A DNA stretch of 63,344 bases, counting the filler, from Dirinaria sp. TL-2023a (taxonomy: Eukaryota), in assembly GCA_051941275.1 (NCBI GenBank). It is 5 parts of 5 records of this genome, joined end to end, with 100 filler letters (N's around TTAATTAATTAA, not from the genome) between each part and the next. Parts side by side here need not be neighbours in the genome. Positions count along the whole stretch, not along the records: positions 25,456 to 38,070 come from JAVEBF010000754.1; positions 38,171 to 50,714 come from JAVEBF010000755.1; 3 more parts are not named here. The stretch is one strand, 5' to 3'. Position 1 is the stretch's first letter, and each line of letters starts with the position of its first letter. A program made the translations under genes and the position numbers. The notes beneath the pieces were generated by a model. The model was not told the origin of the DNA. It searched no databases and worked only from the letters and a program-made list of their open reading frames with translations. Of the stretch, positions 35,739-47,903 are shown in pieces.

Positions 35739-37828
35739 ATGTCTTATACCCTAAGTCCAGGTCCTCCAGTTGTTGAGCAGAGAATAACCAAGGGTCGTCC
35801 TTGCGACGCGTGCAGGAGGCGCAAAAGCCGGTGCGTTCTCACTCGAATCGCAGAGAAGTGTGTCCTTTGTAATTTTCACAACCAAGACTGCACCTTCACT
35901 GAGGCAATCCCGTCACGGAAGAGAAAGTCTGTCAGTCTTGAGAACGAAGGCGGAAGGTGACCCAGGATCGCTCCTATTATGCATTAGATTTTTGACGATC
36001 TTTTAGCAAAAAGAAGATCGTTGAACCCTTGCGTACAACACTTTCAGACAGGCACGTTTCTCTGGACAATCCAGAGCTTCCAGTCGAGGATTACGCGCAG
36101 CTCAAAGGCCCGTCCTTGTTAAAAAAAACCCTTGGCCTACAGCGACGACACCATGGGCTCTTCATTGGCTCCAGCGGAAGATTCGAGCCAGCGCTAATGG
36201 TTGCCGACAGTGCTTTCGGTCCGAAAGCATTGGTTCATGAGATTTCCTTTCGACATGTTAACGACAATAATATATTTATGCTAGCGTGCGACCAAGCAAC
36301 CAAGCTTTTTGACGCTGAACAGGACGACCTTGATGCTATCGAGCGTCTTATAGCTCCACATGGAAAAGCATTGATTCATTTGTATTTTCGCATTGTTCAT
36401 CCCAGCTTTCCCATCCTTCATAAAGATGTTTTCTTAGAGAAATATGAACGTACTTATCGCGAGTTCTCGCCCGTGCTTCTGGCTGCGGTCTACATACTAG
36501 CAATAGAGTTTTGGAGCTACAGCTCAGAGCTTACCGGCCATGCTACGCCCGACATCGATGCGTTAGAGATCATAGCTTCCAGATCTATGAGTTATGCGAT
36601 TCATCGCTCCAAGTTGTCGACAGTGGAAGCCGGCCTTCTTCTTCTACAAAGATCGAGTGAGTCTTCCTGGCCGCTCACAGCCCAGATGGTAGCCGTCAGT
36701 CAGGATTTGGGCTTACATCGTGATTGCTCGAACTGGAACATCCCGGAATGGGAGAAGGGTCTACGAAAACGCTTGTCTTGGGCAGTAATCATGCAGGATA
36801 AGTGGGCAGCCCTAGTGCACGGTAGGCCATCGCACATCTACCGATCAGACTGGAGTGTAGGACCTCTATCAGACCAGGACTTCCCAGAGACATTTGCCGA
36901 CGAGAACGACGAAGAAGGTAGTACTGAGGTGGAAACTGGACGAGCAATCTTCATGTATATGGTATCCTTAACTCAGATTCTTTCAGATATCTTGACCTCT
37001 TGCTACTCCGGAGCGGCTGAGGCAGATGTCATCGAAGACCAAGCCCAGGCAACCGCTCTTGTTCTCACACGAGCAAAGCCACTGCAAATCAGGTTGAAAG
37101 AGTGGTATGCGTCATTTCCTCAATGCTTGAGCATGGAAAATGTCAAAGCCAGGAAGCTTTCTTCAACTGGCTCCTTGCACTTGGCTTATTGGGCTGCCGA
37201 GCTTAGCCTCCACAGGTGCATCATCCGAACTTTAGGTGACTGCACAGATCCAAATGTCGTCAGAATATGTCAGCACGCCGCTCTGATCCGATCCGCTTCG
37301 GCCATGGATGTTGTGAAAGCGTTACGGCCAGAGCATTGGTCCAGTTTCTGGTACTTCGCATCTGAGTTCAACTTTGGCCTTATTGGGCTGTTTCGGGTGT
37401 TGCTCGCTACCTCTCTCGCGACAGCAGATGATATAACCGTCAGTATGGACAGTCTAGATCAATACACGTGGACGCTGAAGATGTCCCAAAAGAACGTCCG
37501 ATTTCTGCACAAATCCATTGCTATGATAGATCATGGTGTCAGGAACCTAAGATTACGCTTTCTGAACAAGAAACTCGATGAACGCGACGCACGTCGGCAG
37601 GCCTTGACCAAGCGTTCAACATATATCTCTGAAAGTCCCAGTTATTCTACCGAAAATAGTCACGAAGCATTAGCTTCGCTTGGTTCCCTGGACCCCAATA
37701 TTACGGCAAATGATATTGCGCAAAATCCTGAAGGCAGTAGCTTTTTCTTTGACACGAGTCCTATGTCTGAGGACTACCTTGGTAGCTATTCGCAGCAGGT
37801 AGATGGGACCTATACATCTTATATATGA
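35739..37828 (+). CDS. Zn(II)2Cys6 transcription factor, Dal81/TamA-like, 2 exons
   Basis: CDACRRRKSRC...CVLCNFHNQDC binuclear cluster; VEDYAQLKGPSLLKKTLGLQ, LYFRIVHPSFPILHK and LGLHRDCSNWNIPEWEKGLRKRLSWA in the fungal TF domain; intron from about 35958 to 36007. Confidence 0.88.
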
Positions 37829-37950
37829 AGGATCATTGCAGCACGCTGGTTTTCGAGCATCACCAAGCCTTCCTTGAGGAGAATCCTTCACTACACCTAT
37901 GAGGTGCTCAATTTGGTTGCGCTATGAATATGATAATATAAAAAGGCAAA

Positions 37951-38070
37951 TCTTAATCGTACCCGTGTTCTCATAATCGTACCCGCGCTAGGAGAAACTT
38001 TCTATCGACACTAATCTTATTGGGTAAGAACAGCTACACCACACCAAAAAAGTTCTGTATAATTCAGAAA
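37951..38070. mobile_element. Probable DNA-transposon terminus at contig end
   Basis: TAATCGTACCCG repeated at 37954 and 37974 (20-bp period), followed by AT-rich sequence up to the contig break. This resembles internally repeated pogo/Fot1-type TIRs. Confidence 0.4.
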
Positions 38071-38170
38071 NNNNNNNNNNNNNNNNNNNNNNNNNNNNNN
38101 NNNNNNNNNNNNNNTTAATTAATTAANNNNNNNNNNNNNNNNNNNNNNNNNNNNNNNNNNNNNNNNNNNN
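38071..38170. other. Artificial contig spacer
   Basis: N44-TTAATTAATTAA-N44. Confidence 0.97.
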
Positions 38171-39000
38171 GTTGAATATAGAGTCTAATTCGGAGAATAT
38201 TCTCCGATAAGTGCAAGGAGTTGATATTGGTTTTGACGAAAATGATTCTGTATCACATCAAATGCCCCACCGCATGAACCTCTCAAACTCTAACTTTCTA
38301 CAATTTAAAATAGGTGCTATTGTCCAAGACTCGTCTTTTCACCTTGATCATGTCTCCAATGCTCTACAGATATTCATTCAATGGCAATAATTGCAGATGC
38401 TGTGTTTCTCGTCGACAGTGTGAAAGATCTTGATGTTGACTTTTACTTTTTAACTGGTACGAAGTTAAGGGCTATAAATTGGGATGATGTACGCTGAGCG
38501 AAATTGTGGAATGATCGATTTAAATTATTATTGATTTGAGCAGTATATGCTAGTAGATTAGGAGTTGATATCTATGAGATATAGCGCGGCTTGTGTGATA
38601 TTTTGAAAATGGGACGATGGAATGTGATTATTAGATATGAAGGGAATATAATTGGAGTTTTTGTGCAGTATCTTAGAAGTAAGTTAGAGTGATATACTAA
38701 GATGGCGAGCTATGCCTCGAACTCAGAAGTGAGATTTTATTTAGAAAATTTTTAGTGAACTTGGAGATTGAACTTGCGAAGAATTCGCTGACGAGGTCGA
38801 ACATTCGAATCTTATGCGACAAATTCTATTCTAAGCGTCTGGTGAAAGAGGTTCTTAGACTGAGTGGCGACGTAGTTCGAGACAGCTTGGCCCATCACAG
38901 CGTAATAGAGGAAGTTAAAATGTTCTATAAGGGAGTGGATGATGTGGTGTGTTATTATAGACCAAGCCAAGCAAACCCGGCTGCCAAGGCTGCCTAGACG
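38171..39000 (+). pseudogene. AT-rich decayed ORF (RIP-like)
   Basis: One plus-strand frame reads as protein-like for more than 100 codons (IIADAVFLVDSVKDLDV...) but is punctured by scattered TGA/TAG codons. Confidence 0.3.
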
Positions 39001-39144
39001 AGAGGTGACGTTGAAGCAGTGCACACTGGTGGATGTTCTAAGCTACAAGCTGGCCGCGAGATCGTATTGGCTTGGGCAATGCTATATGGAAGCGCTGGGT
39101 CACGTAACTGGTGAACGACGTCGGAAATCAGCAAAATAGTCGTT

Positions 39145-40673
39145 CTAAGCGTTGGTTTGGTAGCCAGAATAGCGATCGTCTTCCAGTAGCGGATTTCTAC
39201 TCTTTGCCTGATCTACTGCATGCTCCCAATTTGTGGTAAGCAGGAAGTAGCCCTCGGTGACAGCGATCCTACCTCCAGCGTTAACGGAGCTGTGATTGAC
39301 TGATTATTGACACGGGTCGACTCACAATGCGGCAGCAATAGATGGGCCAGCCCAAAGGCCCAAAAGGTCCCAGTGAAGCCAGAACCCGGCGAAAAGCGCG
39401 ATGGGCAGTCCAATCTGAAAAAAAAAAAAAAAAAAAAAATATTAGCTAGGTCTGATCCCTCAAAGCACAGAGGTATGCTTACGATATAAAAGCACAATAG
39501 TGCGATATACCCACCAACGTCCTGTCTTCCAATACCTCTCAGTAGTCCATTGCACATACCCGCAAGAGAGTCACATATCTGAAAACCCGCTATCAAGGGA
39601 AGAGTGCCTGTGATGAGTCGCGCAACTTCGACGTCAGCCGTGAATAGAAGCGGAATGTAATCTTTCAAGGAGGCGAAAAAAATTGTGATGAACGAGCCCA
39701 GAAGTACGGCAGCGAGAATTGCTACCTTTGCCGACAATTGCGCGCTGGCAGAGGAGCCCGCTCCTATCAGATTAGCAACTCGTGTCGAGGCTGCGATGCC
39801 AAGAGTCGTAGGGAGCTGCGATGCCATGGTTGCCATAGTCATGAGAACGCTTTGGGCCGCTAGGTGGACTGAGTCGAGGTAACTAGCACTAAGTGTAAGG
39901 AGCTCGAAAGCCAGCCATTCAGCTTCGATCATTAAAAAACCAGGGAGTGCCAATTTCAACATTGGGCTCCAATGATGGAATGCAGAGTAAGAAAGCCCGT
40001 TCCAACATTCTCTACCATCAATAAATCGAACATAGATTGCAAGACCTATTGGGAGAAGGTCTTCAGTGATGGCGACAGCGAATGGAGCCCCAACAAAACC
40101 CCAAGCAAACTTCCATACGAACAGCCATTGAAGAAGAGCGTTGAAGGGCGCCAGGACGAGAAGAACGTAAAGATTTGCAGTGAAGAGCCCTTGCGCCTGT
40201 ACGAAGCGCTTTCCACTTTCAAAAGCAGCCCAGCCCGGAGCTCCAATGAGAAGGACTCTCAGGTAAAGAGCGGCAAGCTCGACCGTCTCTGGCTTCGGAA
40301 CGATGGTTCCAAGTATTTGACGACTGAAGAGCCACATGAGTCCGATGGGAACGGTTACCGCCCATAAGAGGTACACCATTCTTTGGCAATGCATTCCGAC
40401 CATTTGCTTATGACCCGAGCCATAAGCTTGAGCGCAAAGCGTGTCAAGGCTTGTTGCCAAGCCTTGATAGACTGCATACGCTGTTATGTTAGCGGTGGCG
40501 CTTCCAAGACTGACGGCACCCAACTCAATCGTGCCCAAATGGCCGACTGTGAAGACACTCGCCATCGGAAAAGAGTACTGCAGGACCGATGCAAGAATTA
40601 TGGGCCATGAATACCTGGCCAAGACCTTCGCTTCATGCTTGGGGGTTGTTTCAGTATCAATAGTCCCCGTCAT
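39145..40673 (-). CDS. MATE-family efflux transporter (Erc1-like), at least 3 exons; start uncertain
   Basis: VGHLGTIELGAVSLG, GLATSLDTLCAQAYGSG, EWLAFE, STRVANLIGAG and GLLRGIGRQ; two 3' introns give IGLPIALF...GLWAG and LIAVTEG...TNA*. Upstream exons may exist. Confidence 0.9.
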
Positions 40674-42915
40674 TTTCACCTAACAGCTTTCATCTGCAAT
40701 GACGGTCGGGTTTTAATCTGGTAGAGAGAAGGGATCGGGATACTTCACAGTCGCACGTGAGCTTCAATGGAGAAGTAGATGGATAGTAGCTAGAGAAAAC
40801 AATCTGTGGCGACGAGAGAATCTGCTGGTTCATAGCGCCAGGGAACGACCGACGTAATGTGATCAATGCAATAGACCAGGAACGCACCGTAGATCGGGGT
40901 ACAGAATTGAGTACGTATCTTCGACGTTAGGGCTTGACTGATCTTAATATAATCCATTGATGATCGTCACTCGGCCAGATTAGCCATTTCAATACTGGCA
41001 GCCAGCCAGGTGTGTGGACGTCATCAAATGGTCCACAAGCGGCAGGCGCCTGGTTCATTGAGTGTGGGATTGAGTCTTTGATTTGATCCGATCGAAGTAA
41101 CCCTGATAGTAGGAGTGACTGTATGGACGGACATGTTCGGAGCGATGTCAACCCAATTTACCCTTCGGGACTTGGGCGAGAGATCCTTCGTTACACGGGA
41201 AAAGTGAGATTTTCCAAACTTGATAGAATTTTTGAAGCTGTTCGATGAGATCGGGGATTGACGTTGGAATACCAGCTCTTTGTGGACCGTAAAGTGCTGC
41301 ACAGTAAGTGAACTTATGTACCTTAAGGTGCTTTATGAACAACTTCTCTGAGCCTGCATTAAAGCATTTCCGATCGCGGACCGAAATGGGTCCCTCGGTT
41401 TCTTGCCGATGATCGCTTGACGAATCGTTCCCTTCGATTGGTTCATGTTGTCTGCTTCATGTACCCTGAAAGGCTGAACCTAAATATTGCGGTCCGAGTC
41501 CTTTTAACTTTGGATCGCAAATGCCGCCGGATCTGAATCGAGCTTCTCTATTCGCTGCCACATTGTACATTCAGGTACGGAGTATTATAAGTAACTGGGT
41601 CTTCGACTCCCGTCCCGTCGCTTACCTGCACATACTCTAGCAAAGTGCATCGTCTTGATGGTAAGTCACGTCAGAGAGTCTGCTATGCCACCTCCGGCTA
41701 TTTCGACTCTTGTTGTTGATGGACTTAGCTAGGACGTCCACTACCGATGGCGCGGGTGCTCGGTCGCTATTCGAACGATTCGCTCATTGGATTTAGGGTT
41801 CCATTTCGAAAAACTGCAGGTAATCAGCGGAACCGCAGTTCAGCCTCTTAGGCGCTCAGTCTTGGTTTATCCGTTAAACAAGAAGAAAAAAAAAAAAAAA
41901 ATCATTATTTTAACCATCTCATGGATAGACTGAACGCCTTGAGTCGCAAATCCAGTATCGAGTCAAAAAGCTGGACCTGAACTGTGGGTGATTTGCGGCT
42001 AGGGTAGGGTCGTGGTTAGGGTTGTAGAAAGTACCTTAGCTCCATCAGCTCTCACATAACGCTCTAAAAGGTGTCCCAACACCACCGAAACATTCGCACA
42101 AAAATTACCAAGAGAATGCCGATATTCCCTTGGTAATGCTCGATCGTATATGTCGCTTATCCACCTGGCGTCTTTCTGAACATCGTGGATATCTGGCGAG
42201 TCAATCTCTAGCGCCTACTTTTGCCAAGAGTCAACATCAGCATTGGTTGAGGGGTTAGTCACCTTCCAGATGATCTGGCTAGACCAGTACTTGTTGAATG
42301 TCTTGTGACGCGATCGAGATTGATTCGATACGGATATCTATATCAGTCCCATGGTTACCTTAAATTTTCACTAAGCGATTAGGCTTAGCAGGGGTAGGTC
42401 CGGGAGGACGGGGTTGCCCACGATTAGACGAATCGACGATAGACAAAGTTGAAAGGCATATGGCCACGGATTTTCCAGCATAAGGTAAGGTACATACAGT
42501 AGCAAGTATAAAGTAAGGTAAGGTAGCTAGCCACATGTACTTCACGGGCTATTTTTCTCCATGTGTATAACCCAATGAGACAAACAAACCAAGGTAGGTA
42601 CCTACTCTACACTAGGTAACGTGCTTTATTTGCTCAAATATTGTACCTCCCCTCATAGCCCAACAAAATCCAGCAGCCTCGACCTACTTTACCTTACCTT
42701 ACATCTTCGCTAGTAATCGTTTTCTTTCCGATACTTCCTCAAGTTCTCCCAAACAGTTCTTCACTTTTGTACCAACTCTTTTCATCCGTCAGTCCAAGCT
42801 GTAAGCTGCAAATACTATATACAAAAACATCTTTGCTGTCCACTGCCGACTTCAGCCTTCATCTCTTATCTACTTTTCAGCCAGACACGTATCACTGCTA
42901 TCCCGACTTAGCACG

Positions 42916-44789
42916 ATGGAGGAGCTCGGGGCTGAAGTATTATCGAAGGTCGTCCTGAGCAGGCCAACCACATATGGTGGCATCGTAAAGAACCCAGCTC
43001 TACTCGACAAGGTCTTTCTGACGCACACTGTGCCCGACATCCTACCAAATACTCGAATCCTAGCTGTTTGTGGCATTACAGACTATGAAGACCAAGCCTG
43101 TCCCGACGAAGATGGCTGGTTCATAAGTGATTTTTATGCTTTCAATTTCTTGTTGCGTGGCCAAGGCGCTGCTCAATCTTGGTTAACAACAGAAAGCCCG
43201 AAATACCTCGTCTCCAAGTACAAAGTAAGTGTCCCGTATTTCATTGCCTCTCGTGCTCATTGCTGACATTAGACCCTATTAGGAGTACCTGCATGGAGCC
43301 CCCCACAAACCTCGAAAAGTCGTGTTAGACAATGATATGATGAGTGATGGTCCACAGAGCGTACAATTGGTCAGCCGCCACAGCCTGCTTGAGGAATTTT
43401 TGTCAACCCTTAAACAAGAATGTACCGCTGCAAGGAAGGAAAATCAGCCCGTGCTTGTATTGATGTTTGGCCATGGAGACGCATTATCGCACGGAGTTTA
43501 TCTTGGTCTAGAGCAGCATGGTGAAGAAACACTTTATCCTTTACTTGAGATGGATAAGTTCAAAGAGGCTATAGGAGACGGCATCGCTGTCACCATACTA
43601 AGTACAGCTTGTTATTCGGGCGGCTGGGCAATCAACCCAAAGCTAAATACGACAACATTTGCTGCCGCTAGACCCGGTCAGAGCGCCGAGCACCCAGAAT
43701 ACATCACTGGTGAAAGCGAATCATGGAGCCCTAGTAAGTCACTGGGTCGTGTGTGTGGCTCTATCTTTGCGACATCAATCATCAGTGCACTAGCTGCAGA
43801 GGATGCTCCCATTGCTGAAAGAGACCCTAAAATAGCAGAATCGAATGAAGCCGAGGCCGCTGCATCAGAGCAAGACCGCTCGCATACTTTTAGAACGTTC
43901 GTCAATACAATTCACCAGATCCTGTGCACTCGATTAGACAAATGGTCAGCCACACATGATATCAGATTCAGCGCCCAAGACGATGAGTGGAGCATGGAGT
44001 GGCATGCACGCAGCGGGTTGCCCTTAAGCCATTACGCATCCAAATGGGACACGTTACGGGAAATTCCCACCCACCCATCTAGCAACCTTCCCTCTCGAGA
44101 TCCCAGGTCCACGAATACAGAGAATGGCCCAAATCAGCTCCCAAGAGGTACACCTGGTTCTCTGTGGCTTGGCCGAGCAGGCAGTGCAGGCATCACGCAG
44201 GGCAAGCTCGCAACTATGAAGGCGTTTGTTCTGGGACAGGCAAGACTGTATATGAGTAGTTTTCCAGGTCGAGATACAGTTGCGTCTAACACTTCACTGC
44301 ACAATGCGATCAATATGCTGTCACAAGGACGCCCCTTCACATTCGAGAAGCTGGCCAAAGTCCACAGTCAGATCGAATATCGATTAAAAGCTATGGATGT
44401 GGCAGACTTCTATCTGAGCGCAGTCGGCTTAGCTTCCCCGGGCAACGTAAGGTGCAGCCAATGGGATATAGCGTCACTAGCGGATATAGCCAAAGAGAGG
44501 AGGGTTTCGTCGGAGCATTTCCAGCAGATGGTATCTACTGTGGGTAAAGCGAACTTGTTCCCTCCCGCAGGACCCCCCCAGGGCGTTCAATTTCCAAAGG
44601 TCTACAACTTTATAGCGGCAGCTCTATTGAACGCACAACTGGACGCTGCCACAGTACAGGTTGTTCTGCAGGAAATGGTTTCATGTAAGTAACCAGTGTC
44701 AAGCGTGGTTTCGAGACATCGACTGACACCTTCACCTAGCGAAAGCAAAAGTCATAGCCGAGCAAGTGGACGGCATGAGTCGCATATGA
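42916..44789 (+). CDS. Uncharacterised fungal protein with clan-CD (caspase/legumain-like) His-Cys signature, 3 exons
   Basis: Exons 42916..43224, 43283..44684 and 44740..44789. Motifs DGWFISDFY, YLHG, VLVLMFGHGD and VTILSTACYSGGW. Confidence 0.75.
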
Positions 44790-46177
44790 ACAATTAAAAC
44801 GGCACGCAAGAGATATTTCAGAACTCTGGGTAAACGCCTTAGAAGTCTGCCGCCTACCAAGCGCGAAAGTACGACACCTCCGAAACCGTCTCCTCTGCTT
44901 AGTCGTGGCCGTAGACGGTTCTTCGTTTGGCACGGCTAGTTGGTCAAGGGAGCATTGAAGGTAGCTGACCACTGAATAGAATAGAAGAGCCCTTTCATCA
45001 TACGTATGTTCTTGAAAAGCCTGCTTTGAGTTTAGCAGCACCAAGTTGCACACTGATTTTGTAAATAGATTGCGCCTGTCTTCATTGTACATATTTGAGG
45101 CATTGTCTCATGCAATAGGCAGTAGCTTTTCCACAACGTACATGGAGAATACATAAGCACTAATGCAATGGCCCTGTCTGCCTAATGATTAGAGAGTTGC
45201 CTCAGTGCTCGGAGCCGTACGCCCGAAAGCAAATTTCCTAGGGCTATCGCGTAACTTTAGGGTTCTAGATTTTTTGGGACGGAAGGGTTGGTTGAGAGTG
45301 CTAGCAGTGATCTGCCCACATACTGTACTTTAAACAGCGCAACAAGGTAACGACGTACTCCTCAGTCCTCACAAAACATCTTTCATAGATCTGATTTCCG
45401 AGGGAGATAAGATCCTTTTGAGGACCAGCTTGCGCTCATCTGAATGACTTATTGATGGATATATAGCATATTCTTGAGAGATATGCTCTATCTGATAACT
45501 TCTCTAGATCAATCCAATGATTTACATCGTTGGATTCTGCCGACTTCAAGCAACCGATTCAGGGGCATCAACATTGCATCGATGTGCTTCAATTAGCCCA
45601 TCAAGCATGCCGTTGCAATATCGATGTTGGATAGCAGCCGGTGATTGCACAGCCGTTGAACGTGATTGCGTGATCGACTATCGCCTTAGCGCTGCAGAAA
45701 CCTCCGCATTTCTGGTACCTTGTCAACAGATCAGCGAATAGACGCAGCTGCATCGCACGTCATCCACGCCTCTGATTGAATAGCTACCTATCTTATCGGC
45801 CTTGTCGCTATGGCTGAAGGAAGCTTCTTTATAGCCTTTCACATGGCATATATAAGGTAGCGTACCGATTTGCGATTTGCGTGAGCAATGTCCTTGGCCT
45901 ATCAGCAGTAACGTCTGGAGGGTGTCAATTGACATCCCATATTTTTCATTATTGCTAAATACTTTTCTATGCAATGTTGCCGCCATTTTAACTCTGCAAA
46001 AAATATCTCGTTTAGTCGACCAGGATTCTCTATACTCTTAATCCTTGAATGTACTTCTCTTCGGGTGCAGCAAGATAGACACCGCATCATTCTTGCCATA
46101 GGAAGGGTTGCATCAGCAGCAATTGATCCATTCCCTAACGGCCAGATCGGTCTTACGAAAATCTTGAGATTGTCAAG

Positions 46178-47903
46178 ATGGTGGGAGAAGTTCATGATAG
46201 CGGATCATCTGGTGGATATGGAGACCCCACTGAGTCACAGGACCGAATTCTGAAGCGTAAGGAGATATCTCGACTATCCTGGGGCTTTATGATTCGTCAC
46301 TTATTAACCTTTCTAGCGAAATGGTACCGCTCTACCTTTTACAACGCTCTCATACTTGGCATCTGCAACTTCATGGCACCAGGCATCTGGGGCGCCATGA
46401 ACTCGCTGGGTGCCGGAGGTGAAGAGAAACCGTATCTTGTTAATACCGCCAACGCCCTCACCTTCTGCCTAATGGTCGTCTCCTGCTTTTTCTCCAGCGT
46501 CCTCGTACGGTACATTGGCATCAAGTGGGCCCTCATCTTCGGCACGATAGGATACGCGCCGTACGCCGCCGGTCTCTACACCAACAACCGGTTTGGCAAT
46601 GAATGGCTGGTGCTCCTGGGCGCGGCGCTCTGCGGCATTTCTGCTGGCGTCTTCTGGATGGCAGAAGCAGCTATTGCTCTTTCTTATCCAGAACCTTACA
46701 ACCAAGGCAAGTTCCTGGGCTTCTGGTTAAGCTTTCGCCTTGGAGGGCAAATACTTGGCGGAGCTATTAACCTCGGTCTCAATGCCGATAACTCCAAAGC
46801 AGGGAAAGTTTCATATGTGGTTTACCTTATCTTCATTGCTCTTCAGGCGTGCGGACCTATCGTTGCTCTGCTTCTAAATAAGCCGGAGCAAGTCGAGCGC
46901 ACGGATGACTTGAAAGTGCATCTCTCGATTGTTGAAAGTCCATGGTACGAGATACAAGCTACTACAAAGTTATTTTTCAGCAAAAATTTCCTACTCATAG
47001 TCCCGTTGATTGGGCAAGCTGTATATGGAAGCTGTCATGTTCACGTTTGGATCTCGTAAGTCCAACAGATTTCTATAAATTAGACCAAAACTGATTTTAT
47101 TATAGTCTGGTTCTCTATCCGCGCTCGAGCTCTTGGCTCTTTTCTATCCGGTGTCCTTGCGCTTACAGCTGGCAATTTACTCGGTGTACGTGGGGAACCA
47201 ATTTCCATTTTACTGTTAGCGACGTACTGACTTAGATCACCCTACAACCAGCTCTGGCTTGATCGCACGAAAATACGATTGATCGTTCGTGCTCGTGGGG
47301 CATTCTTCGTCATTATGATTCTGCAGGGAGCATGGTGGATTTGGGCCACTGTACTTGTCACAGAGTTCCACAAAACGCAACCCTCCTACGATTGGGCCAG
47401 CCCAGGATTTGGACGTGCATTTGCTCTGTTTTTGTTCTGGGTTATCGGCTTTCAGACAAACTACCTATTTCTGTACGTCTCTTCCTGTATCCATATCTTC
47501 ATTTATCGAAAGGGTTCTTCATATGCCCCACACGTCCTAAAAAAACAGCCAACTAACAGAGAATCCTGCACTTTGCAGCTACTTCGTGGTCGGGGAGATC
47601 GCTCGCAGCGAAGGCGAGATCGTCCGTATCGCCGCGCTCCTTCGGGGTATCGAGTCTGCCTGGCAAGCCGTCAGCTACGGGCTGAATGCCGTGCCGATCT
47701 TCGCACAGGTGGGCGGCGTGTACTTAAACTTCGCTCTATGGTTCCTGGCCCTCGTGCCTGCTTGGCTCGTCATTCGTAAGATTAGCATTTCGCTGGGGGA
47801 CCGCAAGGTGGACCGAGACCAACGCAACCATAGCATCGCAGAAGGGAACGTAGACGCTGGGACTGTGGAGAAAGAGGCGGTTTCCTTTTCCAAAGGGGTT
47901 TAA
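46178..47903 (+). pseudogene. UNC-93-like/DUF895 MFS membrane protein with an apparent frameshift near 47027
   Basis: KWYRSTFYNALILGICNFMAPGIWGAMNSLGAGG, LCGISAGVFWMAEAAIALSYPE, ARALGSF and ALLRGIESAWQAVSYG. The frame changes at GTATATG^GAAGCT before EAVMFTF. Confidence 0.75.

Noticed and set aside
41995..42025. Telomere-like TAGGG/TTAGGG sequence
   Set aside because: Only one perfect TTAGGG plus degenerate neighbours, internal to a contig; not an array.
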